Source: Lama glama | Lineage: Eukaryota | Direction of reading: 5' to 3' | Length of the DNA stretch: 64,000 nt | NCBI GenBank assembly: GCA_028534125.1 | Contig: CM052817.1 | Location: 88,228,001 to 88,292,000 of the forward strand | Shown here: in pieces, positions 12,201 to 26,020 of the stretch | How the letters are laid out: each line of letters begins with the position of its first letter | How positions within the stretch are numbered: the stretch's first letter is position 1 | Position numbers and translations under genes: made by a program | The notes under the pieces: generated by a model | The model's database searches: none | Told to the model about the DNA's origin: nothing | What the model saw: only the letters and a program-made list of their open reading frames with translations

Positions 12201-15200
12201 TTTTTTTCCTAGTGATTTTGCCAGGCATGGGAAAAGGTGATGAATTTAGTATACTAGAGAATTGGAAAGCTGCTGTACTTAAAATGTTTCTGTGACATTT
12301 GCCATCACTGAAATCATGTGTGGCCTGTAAAGTGTACACCTTAGAGACTTGTTTCCTCTGCTCTGTGTCTGCAATTCCAAAGAGGTCTCTAGTGGATGCT
12401 GTTGCCTTGAATTACTGGAAAAAGTAAGGAGATTAGCTGTATTCCCTCAAAATAATCAAGTTCACATAGTTTACTGATATGCATGACAGAATAATAAGCA
12501 ACTAGAACTGCTTTTTATTCCTACAAAACTTGAGTATGTTTGTTAAAACATAAATACCACAGAATATACTTAGAGAGATATATTTGAATCCAGAAAAGAG
12601 AATTTCTTAAAAGATACTTAGAATAAAAAATTTTAAGATAAGTTTAATTTCTAATGATATTAGTGTTTTCTTAATTTATGACATTTTTAAACGAAACTCT
12701 TGCTAGATTAGGATAAGAACAAGCTGATTTATTGATAAATAATTCTTTGGTAAGTTTATGTAAACAATATCTTGTTATATTGAAAAATAGTTCATGATAT
12801 GTTTATGTAAACACCTGATTAATTTCTAAATAAACTTCTATCTAAGAGTAACAGCACCTTACCAGGGGAGAATACCAGGACAAGATACGGTAATGCGCAT
12901 TTCAAATATACACTTTTTTTGTAGTGCAAAAAGTAACTAGATATTGAAGTTTTAAAATATAATGTTGGTCTGGTAGAATATGCTCTTATCTCTTAGGAAT
13001 AGTTTAATCTGCATCTTTTAAAGAAGATCAGGATACACCAAATATAATTTCAAGATTAAACCTGATAGCTTGAGTCTTTCCCTGCATTCCTATAGAAAGG
13101 AACTGGTTCTCCTCTGGCCTGTCACACAGACAAGCGTGTTAAACCCCAGGCTGATCCAACAGGGCGGCTCTCTCACAGCGGATCTCATTGCACTGAGAGT
13201 ACTTGCTTTCTCAGGTCTCCATATATTAAGGTCCTTCACTTTTCTTTATATTCAGAACACCAAATCAATCATATAACATCTGTTATTACCATGCTATAAC
13301 TTTCAGCTGTGTTTAATACACATTATGATTGTCTTTCTGATGGCATTGATTTGGAGTTGGACAGTTTGGATTTGTCCAATTGGACAATTAGCATGTTAGG
13401 GCTGTATCAACGCAGATGATTTGTGAAATTTTGAATGACCAATACGTTCAGGTATGTATTCTGTAGCTAATCAGACAAGTTTATATTCAAGGAGACATAG
13501 CTTATTAGTGTAATATAATAGGATTAAAAGAATCCTATTTAGAACTATATTAATATTCTATTTGTTCCTTTTTACTATAAAGAGTAAGATAGGTTCACTT
13601 GATTATTTTGATTTAAAAATGAACATCACTCCAAAGAAAGTTGGTTAAGTCACTCTGACACTTAAGCCTCAATGTTATCACTGAGAAATTGCAGGTGGTT
13701 GAGATAAAAGTTTCCATATTTGCTTTCTTACCTAATTTCTAGTCAAAGTAAAGGGATTCTTCACTAGTGAAAATAAACATGTAATAAACCAAATATACTT
13801 TTTTATTTTACATTAAATATCCACTATCCTTAGAGATGAAAGACTTATGGATTTATTCAGTTCATGTAGAAATAAAGAGCTCATGCACATGTTGGTTACC
13901 ATTTTACTAGTCTATTTTCATAAGTAACATTCCTAAAAGAAATTTTAGAATTCAGAAAAATAGCTTGTTATTGAATATAAGCACAGTTAGAGAAGATAAA
14001 ACCAATATTTCATAAACTCCTATTACATGAAACACATACATACTTATCTGGTTTTTATAATCATTTTACTCCCCAATGTTTAGCTGAATACTTGGCACAT
14101 GGTGTTCATTGATCTATTGTTTGTTAAATAAATGTATAACCATGACAGGTAGATTGTTCCTGATGAAAATCTGAGAGTTAGTAGTGAGTAAGTGGCAGAT
14201 GAAAAGTTGTTGCGTACAGGTTAGGTGAGCCTGAAAGTCTGCCAAGTTTATAAAGCATTCAGATCTATAACTGACTTCAAGAACCTAGCTTTTGCTCAAG
14301 ACAATTAGGTAGATAAAATTGTGAATAATTTGCAAACTGTCTCACCTGTTTTGCCACCACTCTCACGTTCCATGATCAGGAAAGGCTGCTTTCTACTAAT
14401 TTCCATTTCAGTATGATCCACAGGAAGGGGTGACTTGGATTTAACATTCCTGTGCCTTTTCCAAAATTATTCTACAAATTGTACGTCTTCCCAGCACATA
14501 CTGTCTTCCCCAGCATTCTGTCTACTTTGTGAATGTATATATTGCATTATTTTTCATGCTGGTTTCTTACATTAGTAAATAACTTGGCTAATATTGATAA
14601 TAATGATTTTAATCATTATGTGTAATTTATAGATTGTCCAAGGTATCTGCATATAATGGTTTACTTAATTTCATTAATCCTACCAACAAAAGATTTTATT
14701 TGCTTTGTATTCTTCTAACAAGTGAGTAAAACCTACTTGCTACCCCTTGTCCATGAAACACAAGCTGTGCTTTAAATATCTACCTTCAAATGGCAGAGTG
14801 CCATATATCATAAGCATAATGGAGAAATGAGTTTATTCCATTTGTTTAAATTTCCAACGAGTATCCCATAAATAAACAGAGCACTCAATCCTTTCCTTAA
14901 GCCCAAACTCAGGGTGCCATAGGCCAGGGGATATAAAATCCCATCATTATGCTAATTTAATTTATTCAGCCTCATTGAAACATTTCAGATTGTGTACCCT
15001 TTCTGATGCATTTATATTCTCTAGTTGTATGAAGCAGAAGTTGATGGATCCTGAAAGTTGCTGACCAGGCTACTCTACATTTGTAACTTGAAATTTTTAA
15101 ATATGGGAGTTTCACCTTCAACAAATTCTTTATAGGAGGCCAACATTTTATTAGATACAAGCAGAACTAAAGTTTTAATAAATGTGTGCCATTAATTTTG

Positions 15201-15276
15201 TCTTCCTAATATTGAAGACTCTATGGTGAGATGTGGAAGTAGTGTGCTCCAACACAATGGAAAAGAAATTGAATAA

Positions 15277-16585
15277 ATCCTATTTTTAGTTTTTTGAGTA
15301 ATCTGCATACTGTTTTCCATAACGGCTGTACCAAACTACACTCCCACCAACAGTGTAGAAGGGTTCCCTTTTCTCCACACGCTCTCCAGCATTTATCATT
15401 TGTGGACTTCTGACTGATGGCCATTCTGACTGGTGTGAGGTGATACCTCATTGTAGTTTTGATTTGCATTTTTCTGATAATTAATGATATTGAGCATTTT
15501 TTTCATGTGCCTATTGGCCATTTGTGTGTCTTCATTGGAGAATTCCTTGTATTTTCTGCCCATTTTTGGATTGGGTTGTTTGGTTTTTCTTATTAAGTTG
15601 TATGAGCTGTTTAGATACTCTGGAGATTAAGCCCTTGTCAGTCTCATCTTCTGCAAATATTTTCTCCCATTTTGTAGGTTGTCTTTCTGTTTTGCTTATG
15701 GTATCCTTTGCTATGCAAAAACTTTTAAGTTTAATTAGGTCCCATTTGTTTATTTTTGCTTTTATTTCTATTGCTTCAGTAGACTGCCCTAGGAGAACAT
15801 TGCTGAGATTTATGTCAGATAATGTTTTGCGTATGGTTTCTTCTAAGAGGTTTATAGTGTCTTGTCTTATGTTTAACTCTTTAAGCCATTTTCAGTTTAC
15901 TCATGTGTATAGTGTGAAGGGGGTATTCAATATAGACTTACCATACGATCCAACAATCCCACTCCTGGGCATATATCCTGAGGGAGCCTTAATTCAAAAA
16001 GACACATGCACTCCAATGTTCATAGCAGCACTATTTACAGTAGCCAAGACAAGGAAACAACCTAAATGTCCATCCACAGATAATAGGATAAAGAAGCTGT
16101 GGTATATTTATACAATGGAATCCTACTCAGCCATAAAAAATAATAAAATAATGCCATATGCAGTAACATGGATGCCCTGGAGAATGTCATTCTAAGTGAA
16201 GTAAGCCATAAAGAAAAATACCATATAATATCACTTATATGTGGAATCTGAAAAAAAAAAAAGACAAACTTATTTACAAAACAGAAATAGACTCACAGAC
16301 ATAGTAAACAAACTTATGGTTACCTGGGGGGATAGGGGTGAGAAGGGATAAATTGGGAGTTTGAGATTTACAGATACTAACTACTATATATAAAATAGAT
16401 AAATAACAAGTTTCTACTGTATAGCACAGGGAACTATATTCAATATCTTATAGTAACTTATGGTGAAAAAGAATATGAAAACGAATGTATTTGTGTTCCT
16501 ATATGACTGAGCATTATACTGTACACCAGAAATTGACACATTGTTAACTGACTATACTTCAATAAGAATATTTTTAAAAAGAAAG
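15277..16585 (+). mobile_element. 5'-inverted (twin-primed) truncated L1: inverted segment ~15277-15928, sense segment ~15929-16585
   Basis: The minus ORF 15221-15469 reads L1 ORF2 ([17 protein letters not shown]...HCWWEC). The plus strand continues the same ORF2 (DLPYDPTIPLLGIYP...KQPKCPS), then 3' UTR and A-rich tail. TSD aaagaaattgaataa (15262-15276) / aaagacattgaatga (16586-16600), 13/15 identical. Confidence 0.93.
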
Positions 16586-18500
16586 AAAGACATTGAATGA
16601 GAGCCCTTATGTGTTTGGTCTTAGGTCATTGTGGAATTTCCAGGTACATTTGGATAGAGATAACTACAAATATATTATACTCCATCTTTTCATTCTTAAA
16701 AAACATTAACATTTTCTCTGAAACTGTAGTTCAAGACAATTTGTTTTACTAGAATAGTCTCGTTGTCTCAAGGGTTTCAACAATTTTTGCAGATTAAATA
16801 TTCAATCATGAGCACAATATTGCTAACCAAATTCTTCTTTAATGAACCATGCAAAGTACAAAGTACATTGTTAAGATGCAAAGTTATTTGAAGAAATATT
16901 TATATAGCAATTCAATGATAAAAATACCTAATCTTTAAACTTAATATTCTGCTTTTACTAGGAAAAGCACAAATTTATGTCAAAAATTACAAAAACATAC
17001 ATTTTAGTTTTACAAAAGGGCTAGAAATAAAAAAAACAAATATATAGTAAACTCACTTTATCTCTTCTGGAATTTAAATATTAAAACATAATATGTATAA
17101 AAGTCCACTTTAATTTCCATTTCATTACTTTCCTGTTGCTATAAAATTCCAAATACTTTATATACTTGTTGAAAATACTGAAATACTTATGTGGTAATGA
17201 TTCTTTTTAGCTTTCTTGTTACTTTTCTTTGAGAAAATGAATTCAAAAAATAATAATCTAGCAATCTTAAATCTTATTTATGAACATTACATGATGATTA
17301 GAGTTCCTACTAATTTATGTTTATCAATCATTTTATAGCAGATAAAAAACATTTTTATCCACTGAGGGCAATCTGTATTGGGTTTCATTTATTATATTCT
17401 CCATTTAAAATTCAGAGAACTCATAATAATTTTGTATACTGACTATTCAAATAGGTGTTTAACAGTTTAACTTCAATTACAGGATAATCAGTAATTATAA
17501 TTCAGCATATCAGTATCCTCTCATCCTTTTCTTTTTGCTGCATTCCTGAAACCTAAGTATAGAATTATTTTTTTCTGCACATATAATACAGAAAAATTAT
17601 TTTTCTCCAATTAATGGCACATATCTTAAGCCACAACTCTGATAAAGTAGTATACTATTCACTCTTGGTCTAGCTTTGCATGAGGTAGAAACATGTGCAT
17701 TCTCCAGGTCCCCAGAATACCACTGGGTTTCTGAATATATGTGTCAGCAAAGTGGTTCTGAAAGTAATTTTGAGTGTTTGTAGTTTTTATCCCTGCCAGG
17801 AGAAAGTCTTGAGTCAGATTGGGGTCATTGCATTCATTCCCAATAAACACACTAAATTTTTTGAGGATTAAATGCAGTTTGGTCCTCAAGGGTTTATTAT
17901 GAGGAAGGCTGTATTAGTTTAATTATAGTAGGAAATCCAAATTTTATTTTAACATTAATAAAAGGTGGAATGTGCTTTTAAAAGGAATTTAAGAATGTCC
18001 TTGGATTGCTGATATTCTACACAGTCAGTCAATTTTGGATTTAAACAAAGAAAAATTTCGGTTGTGTTCAACTAACAGGGATTTCCCAGTGCTGTGCTTA
18101 AGGAAACTGACAGAGGTGTGGACTTTTTCTGTTTACGAAGAAGGACACTGATGTTGAGATGGACTTTTAAATAACTTATATTACTTGCTTTTATTTCTTT
18201 CTTTGTTACTGTTTTGAAAATTACCTTTTCATTAAAAAGACTTAAGTCAAGGAGCTAAATTTTAACTTCCACAATTCTTATTTTATTTATTTGCTTTTTA
18301 GGATACTGAATAACTAACCATCACTTTGTCAGAGATACATACTATCTTCAATGGATTCAATATTGTTAGAAATATTTGTTTTATTTAACAAAAGAAATGC
18401 ATAAAACTGAAATAATTATTAGAATAAAATTTATAATGGACACCTTCTGCCATTTTAAGCAGTTACTCTGGATATAATAGAAGATGTGGCATTTACTATT

Positions 18501-18652
18501 TTCTAAAAATTTTTTTCTTGAGGTATAGCAGATTTACAATGTTGTGTTAATTTCTTGTGTACAGCATAGTGATCCAGTTATACATATATGTACATATTCC
18601 ATTTTATATTCTTTATTATAGGCTATTACAAGATATTAAATATAGTTCCCTG
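18501..18652 (-). mobile_element. Short L1 3'-end insertion with perfect 15-bp TSD
   Basis: gtggcatttactatt at 18486-18500 and 18653-18667. The body matches the same L1 3' UTR seen at 16.4 kb. Confidence 0.9.
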
Positions 18653-19469
18653 GTGGCATTTACTATTATTCAGGTTGTTTTCTATAAGTATTGGTTCCCT
18701 GAAAATCCTCTCCTAGAATTTCCGAACATGCAGGCCAATGACTACTGATTTCAGAGATCTGTCCCAGTATAGGCAAAGTATATATCTGCTTGATCACCCA
18801 AATGACCTGTTTTTTAAATGAATTTATTCTTGGGTTTTTCTCAGACTGGAATGCAAACACACAAACACAAATTCATAAGTAAATGGATTCTGTTGTGCTT
18901 CTGGTGATTGTTTTCATCATTTTAATGGGTCATAAGACATTGTTAAATAAGAGAGCTATTTGGCAATAAAACTTTCTCAACCTATTTTATGAAAACATCC
19001 TAGTGTCACTCATATTATTACATAACAGCATAATTTCATTCAGAGAATTAAACTGAAATACATCTCATCATTTTTCAAAAAAAAAAAAGGCATTTAACAG
19101 TGTTAGTAGGGAATATAAATAACATCAAATACCAAACACTGATAAAGAGCTCTCCCTTGACTCTAGATTTTCCTCTAGATTGGAGCATGGGCGGTTACTA
19201 GAATCTTCCTCCTCCCTCTGTTTATAACACAACATTCTATTTGATGATGCCATTGTTAGTAGAGCTACCATGTAACTTACTAAAATGTCTCTGAATCTAA
19301 GTATATTTACATCTAAGATCTAAGGCTTTTGAGTCTAAGCTATTCTTTTCTTGCTTAGGATGGCTCAAATGCATTACACCTGAGACAACTCTTGATATCT
19401 TGGTATAGAATTTAAAACATGACCCTTCCTTTTATTTAGAAATTCTTGATATAAATTTTGGTGTCACAA

Positions 19470-19640
19470 ATTCCAAAATTATTAACCTTGAGTGTATTAT
19501 TTAAATTCTTATGTCTCTGTCACATCTCTGTAATAGGGCATCAAATTATCTGTTGGGGGCTTGTGGTGGTGATTTAATGAACATTTTAGAAGTTCTACTA
19601 CAGTATTTATTATTATGTTATTGGCTCAACAAATGGTATT
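19470..19640 (+). mobile_element. MIR SINE fragment
   Basis: accttgagtgtattatttaaattctt...catctctgtaatagggc...ttgtggtggtgatttaatga (MIR core). Confidence 0.6.
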
Positions 19641-19764
19641 TGGCTTGGTTTTCTACATGATCTAAAGGTCAAGCTCAAAGAATCAAGGATGAAAGAGATA
19701 GAACTTAATCCAATAGCAAGAGCAGTTTCCAGGATCTAAGAAGGCAGAGTAGTCCAGGAGTAAT

Positions 19765-20420
19765 TTATGTGTCTCCCAAATCTTCTGGACCCCAGTTGCC
19801 CACCCTGACCTCAGTCACAGTGCTACTTCCTTGGTGCTGATGCCACCATGATGCTTTGCACTGTGTCCTGTGCTGGTGAAGTCTGACAGCCACATACGAT
19901 GCCTCATCACTAAACACTGCCAGTTGTTTAAGCTTCCCAGGAGTGAGTGCATGGCTTTGACTTGACATCCCCTGGGCCTGTCACAATGGGAGGATAGTAG
20001 CTTCCCACTTAGATCTGGCTTTTCTAGTAAAACAAAAACTCTGGCTTTGTTCAGATTCTGTCCAGAAGGGCCTGTTAGTGTCATTGAGAAGTGTTGAGGA
20101 GTTCATTCCCTCTGGGACAGATTTGGGAGACAGGAGAATGGGAAGCACTAGGGAAAACATTTCTCATTCCTCCTTTTTTTCACCAACTTTTCTAAAATGT
20201 TGTGGTCTGATAGGGCCTTTCTGGGATGGTTTGTGTCACTGAACCAGCTTTTTCTCTTGTCAGAGTGGCAAGTCCACTGATGTACCATATTGCTCCTGCT
20301 CTGGCCTCATTCTCCTTCCTATTAAATTTTACTTCGCTAGGTTTGGACTTCTACTCCAGATTAAGTAGTACCTCATCAACTTTGTCTCTGGCAATTTTTT
20401 TTTTCTGTTTTGGTTTGATT
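19765..20420 (+). mobile_element. ERVL-type solo LTR (LTR16/LTR33-like)
   Basis: GC-richer island with gttcattccctctgggacagatttggga... and attaaa near its end. Confidence 0.5.
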
Positions 20421-22024
20421 GTTTTAGTTAACCTGGATTAAGAAAGAAAAAATTAGAAATCCTGGCTTAAATAAACTCAAATCTTGACCAAGAGACACAC
20501 TCATTCTTCCCTTATTTCATGCTTTTTGCCCTCTGTGGCTGACTCTGAATCTTAATAGAAATAATTAATTAAATGATTTCTTCATATGAAACTCATTAAT
20601 CTATTCATTAACTCTTCAAATATTTCCTAAATTCCTGTAATATTATAGACATAGAGTAACCAGAAATCTCTTTAAACATTATATAAACCTATTGTTTAAA
20701 TAATCAAAATGGCAAAATTACCTCATTTAACCCTGTATATGAACAATCACTAAAGTCATCATTGAATATTATTCATTGCTTAAAACTCTGAAAATGTAGG
20801 AAAGTGACATATATTAGCTTAATTTTAATCAAAAATAATATTTTGACTGAGAATTCAAAAATAAAAGTTAATATTAAAGAGTATCAAAATTATATGGTTC
20901 ATTTTTTACTGACAAACTTAACGATATGGATTGAACAATCTTGATATGTAAGAGATGTGTTTATTTTAACAGATGAGTATTAGATTTAAAAGATACCATA
21001 TTCCAAATATCTGTTTGTGATTCTGAGATGTAAACTTCCAAATACCATTTCACACAAAATAATATGCATACTGATTAAGCCACCAGATGGTCCAAAATAA
21101 AAACAAAACCATTTTTGTGGGTAATTTTATTGAGAATTTTAATGTGAGATGGCAAGAAAATCATCTTATTATAATCCACAATAAAAAAAAGATCTTTCTG
21201 ATCCATCCAATTGCCAGAGAGTAGATCAGGAAATTCTCATGTTCTACTAGGTCATGATTTCCCCCAGGAAAGACTGTGGAAGATTGGGTAATGATTTGCA
21301 AAGAAATCCTATGCATGATAATCTACTAGATTTGCAGAAAATTTTATTAGACTGTTTGTTTTATATTCTTAGGTGTCTATTTTACATTCATTTGTTAATG
21401 CATACATTACAAAAAACATATAATGTGCAAACATTATTTAATAATGGATATATTAGTATCAACTGTAGGAATAAAAAATATATTTACTATGTGGTGGGAG
21501 CCTAACCTATGTTTTGTTTTGTTTGTACATCATATGGAATAAATAAGACAAGTTTATACACTTCTGGATTAGAAGATATTGGGTCATAGATTCCAAAAGA
21601 AATCACAGTTATATTTCTAACAACTGGAGTATTGGTGGCAATAGTTAACATTGGAATGAAGCCAAAAATATTTAAATGGACTCTAGCATCTTCAGTGAGA
21701 CACAGTTGGCTATGGCATTTAGTCCTGTTTTTCATTTGTTGTCCGTTTTGGTTTTCATGGAAGGAAGGCTTTTATAGAAAGATATAGTAGATGAATAGAG
21801 CACACTGAAGCTGGGTTAATAACATGACTGTAGCAGATAACAAGCTTTGGAATTGTAGGATAGCACTCCCTTCAATATCTGCCTTTTGAATATTTGATGT
21901 AGAGAAAGAAAATAGAAAAAATAAGTGACATATTTACCACTATCTTCCCCTAGCAAAGGAAACTGATACTGTAAGTAGTCCCCAGAACTCATGAAAACTA
22001 GTCCCTCAAGTAATGTACATCCAT

Positions 22025-22051
<27 letters not shown>
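22025..22051 (+). repeat. (AC)13 microsatellite
   Basis: Direct tandem repeat. Confidence 0.95.
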
Positions 22052-22056
<5 letters not shown>

Positions 22057-23399
22057 GCACACTTTCCCTGCAAAGTCTCTATCGAACACACTATCCTTGA
22101 GATTTTTATTCTAACAGAATGAGAAGAAAAAGAAACCTTTTGTACCAGTCCATTAGAGGCATGGATTTCAGTCTCTAGATATACCTTGATAAGCTCCTCC
22201 AAATTAAGGCTGACAGGTATTTAGAACTGCTTTGAGACCGTTTATGGAAGAACATTTTAGGAGGAAATACCTTATGCAGTGCATATATTCAGTTTATGAC
22301 TATATAGTTACATATTCTGATTCTCTGAGCAAAGTGAATTAAAATATTTAAGCTACTTTGCATTTCCATCTCATCTACCAGGTGTTGAGGCATCCTGCAG
22401 GCTTGAGGACTCTATTTGTATGTATTATAAAGTTTAAGTATTATACAGCTGTGGATGCACTTTTCTTCTTACCCACTCAACTAAGCTTGTATTCTCTTCT
22501 TAAATGCAGTAATTGCAGTAAGTAGAAGGAATGTAAGGACTAGTAGTTTGAGTGAAGCATGCTCTATTTGTAAATGTAAAACAGATGTGCAGAAAATATT
22601 CTGGGCTTTGAATCAGTAGGACACCACAAATGCAAAGAATGAAAGAAGAGATATAATTTGTCTGAGATTTTGGCTAAATATCTCATCGGTAATGGAAAAT
22701 TGTAGCTTCCTTCCAGGACTTAATGAAAAGCCATTTGTACGTGGTTTTCCTATTATATCAGAGGAGCAACTGGTCTGCAGACTATAAATACAAGCAATTG
22801 TAGCCTCAATGAGGTGCACACATTCCTGAAAATATATAGATGTTAAACTATTTCAAAGTATTTTTAAAACCTCAAGTTAAACTAGGAAAGCATTTTTTTA
22901 TAAAAGAAATTTCACAATTTTCAAAACATATTACAAACTTCAAATCACTTAACTTTCTGTAATTTGTTTTTCAAGTTATCATTAAATCTAGATAACTTGA
23001 GAATAGGAAGCATGCAGAGACAAAAACAATTTATCATATTTTAGAGAAAAGGACAAGTTAACTATTTCCTGCTTTCTAAAACTTTCATCACTTACTCCTC
23101 AAAATCTGATAATGGCATCAACTTTCATTGGATAACTCAAGTTCAAAGCCCACTTTTTGCTATATCCTTTATTTAGGCACTACGGCTTATTAAAGATACA
23201 CTCAAATGATTTATATCAAAGGCTTCAGACTTTCCATTTCCACTGGGTTGGGATATTTGCAATCAATTTCCTGGCTTATTGTATTAATTTAAAAATTATT
23301 TCTTTACATTTCCTTCTATACTAATTCACACTAAAGAGCATCATCTGATTAATCTTCTTGAGCACAGACTGACCAATGCCCTTTGCTTAAAAATATTTA

Positions 23400-25650
23400 A
23401 TTGCTCTTGCAATTTGGAGTCATGAGTCAGGAATATGGGCAAAGCTCTGCTGTAGGAGTGAGTGTATTGTTCCTTGTGACAGCTATGAAAGTCACACTAT
23501 GAATGTTAGCTCGCTGATGGTCTGACCTGAAATTCTAAGTCTCCTTCATATATATCTGTCTTAGCTCAGCTAGAACTGTTGATGGATAATTTAGGCATGT
23601 GTCTAAGCATGCCTAATCCTACATGGCAGTCTCAGGTTAGTTGGACATCTGTTTTTATCAGCTGCTCAGAGTGTTAGAAAATCCATTTAGAACATGAAAA
23701 GCTTCTTAAGACACACCCTGAAGTTCCAAAACATAATATATGTAATACTTTTATTGGTTAAAACAGATCTCTTATGCCAAATGAGATTCAAGGGAAGAGG
23801 AATGAGACGCCATTTCTCAGTGGGAGGAGTATCAAAATCTGGGGTTACCATATTTGTATTATATCCTATTATGCCCAGCATAAAATACTTACATTTCTGT
23901 CACATGGAAACTTCACCTCTTACAAGGCACAGATTAGTCCATTCTATTACAGCATTTGCTCAGAGTCTAATATTTAAGCATCTAAAGAAGGTCCAGGTAC
24001 AGATGAGAGGATCTGTGAGCATAGTTCCTCAAGGACAATTCTTAACCCTCAGACCTTGAAGTAAAGAGACCAGTTAACTTGCATCCTTCCTTCAGTTGCA
24101 TCTGTGGCCACAACACACAATGAAGATACAGGAGAGGATAACTTCTACTGACATCTGATTCAAAAGGGGGAAGTAGTAGGCGTACAGAGGTCACTGATGC
24201 ACAGCAATTCTGAAATTCTGTTGGGCATGTGATGCCAGTTACTTGACTAGGGCACTCTGGGAATAATTCTTTAAGTTTTTTGGATTTATTTTTAAGGCTC
24301 TTTATTCTGTTTTGTTAAGATTTTTTCCCAAAAGAAATAACCTGTGTTTGCAGATGAGTAGACCTCTTAGATTGATTCCTGTCCTGAGATGTTTGGAGAC
24401 CCCAACGTTGCTTTTAACTTTGAAATGTCTCTGTCTCAGTAAAAGCTGCTGGCACTTTTGCCAGTATGATTCTCTTAAAAATGTATAGGATTACTCAATC
24501 TTATCAGGGTTCATTATATTAGAAAATGATGTATCCACAAATTTCTTTGAAGTAGGTCCCTCCTTAAATAAGATGAAGAATTAGATTATTGTGGGATGAT
24601 GACCTTAGAATACTTTCTTAAGAGTTTTCTTGTATAGCGTCTTTTTTTTTTACCTTTTTTGAACAACAATTTTGACATGATTTTAGTTTGAGTCTATTTC
24701 TTATTCTGAGAGCTTTTTGCCATCTAAAGAATTTGAAAAAAAGAAAAGTTTTTCTTCATAAAATCTATTTAGTTCTATTTCATTTATCTTGTATTTAAAA
24801 TTGAGCTGTTCAATGTTTAGTCTCATCTTTATCTACTCATATATTATCATACACAGCTAAAAGAAACCAGTTGATACGTTAAACCTTCTGCTTGAATAGC
24901 TCCCTAGCCAAATCCACCAGCTCTTTATAGATTCAACTATCAACAACATTTGTCTTTTTCTTTCAGCATTTCTAATAGTGTCTGTGGTAATTTTTTTCTT
25001 TCACTAACAATCTTCTTGAGATACTCTTCTTTACCTACAATTCCCTCAAAACTTTCCAGCTTTTTCCCACTGTTGGGCCCCAAAGACAATTTCACTTATT
25101 TTTAAAGTTTCTATTACAAAGCATCCTTCTTCTGCTACCCAAATCCATTTCTGTTTCCTCTTGCTCTATACTAATGTAAAAATCTACTGGTTTTTAGCAA
25201 CATATATGAGTTAGGATGCTGGTCAGGGTTCAGTAGTATAATTTTCCTGTTTTATGCAGCATCAGCGAAGGTCACTCAATGATATTCAGCTGACCTATGT
25301 TCTCATCCAGTGTGTCCAAGATGGTTTCATTGAAATGTCTGGCCCCTAGGCAGGGAACCACAGATGACTAAACCCAGCTGGGACCACTGGCCAAAGAATC
25401 TACACATTTCCTTTCAGGCGTAGTAATCCTGGGATAAAGAGACTTATTATTTCATGGGTTAAGACTCTAAGAGGTGAAAACCATAGGGCTTCTTACCAGC
25501 CTTTGAAGTTCCGGAATGTTCCTACTTTCATGTTCTGTTGGTCAAGCAAGTCATAAACTCCTGCCAGGAAACAAAGAGAAGGAAATTACAATCTACCTCT
25601 CAGTAAGACGAGTCATAAAAATTTGCTACCATGTTTAATCTACACTATAA
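23400..25650 (-). mobile_element. MaLR (MLT1-type) element with both LTRs and internal region: 3' LTR ~23400-23850, internal ~23850-25145, 5' LTR ~25146-25650
   Basis: Two homologous LTR ends (gagattcaagggaagaggaatgagacgccatttctc ~23785 vs aaacaaagagaaggaaattacaatctacctctc ~25570). LTR/internal junction cttctgctacccaaatc at ~25130-25146. Confidence 0.7.
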
Positions 25651-25699
25651 GCTACAGGCTCTAATACTCGCACACTTTTTATTGCTCTTTAGATATTCT

Positions 25700-26020
25700 A
25701 TCACTGGTTGAAATCCCCAAGAATCAGATTCTGAGGTTAAGTCAGGAGAATTATTAGGGAGTACTTTTGGAATTAAATCCTGTGAAGGGAAAAGACAGAA
25801 GCAAAAAATTAGCATCTAGAATAGTTGAACTGTGATACAATTTCACTGGCTATATCAACTGACCCTATGGGATGTCAGAAAATTGATTTGCTCACAGAGT
25901 TGTTTGAGTTCGTGAAAGCAAGTCAAGGGTTATCTGATGGACGCCCCCCCCGAGTTACCATGGTAATAAGGTATTCATTCCTGAAGGGAGAATCATAGTC
26001 TACTACATGTCCACATTCAG
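25700..26020 (-). mobile_element. ERVL-type LTR fragment (LTR16-like)
   Basis: tccccaagaatcagattctgagg...ttattagggagtacttttggaattaaatcctgtgaaggg. Confidence 0.5.

Noticed and set aside
15524..16195. 223-aa ORF as a novel gene
   Set aside because: It lies entirely within the inverted L1: antisense L1 fused to the ORF2 C-terminus.
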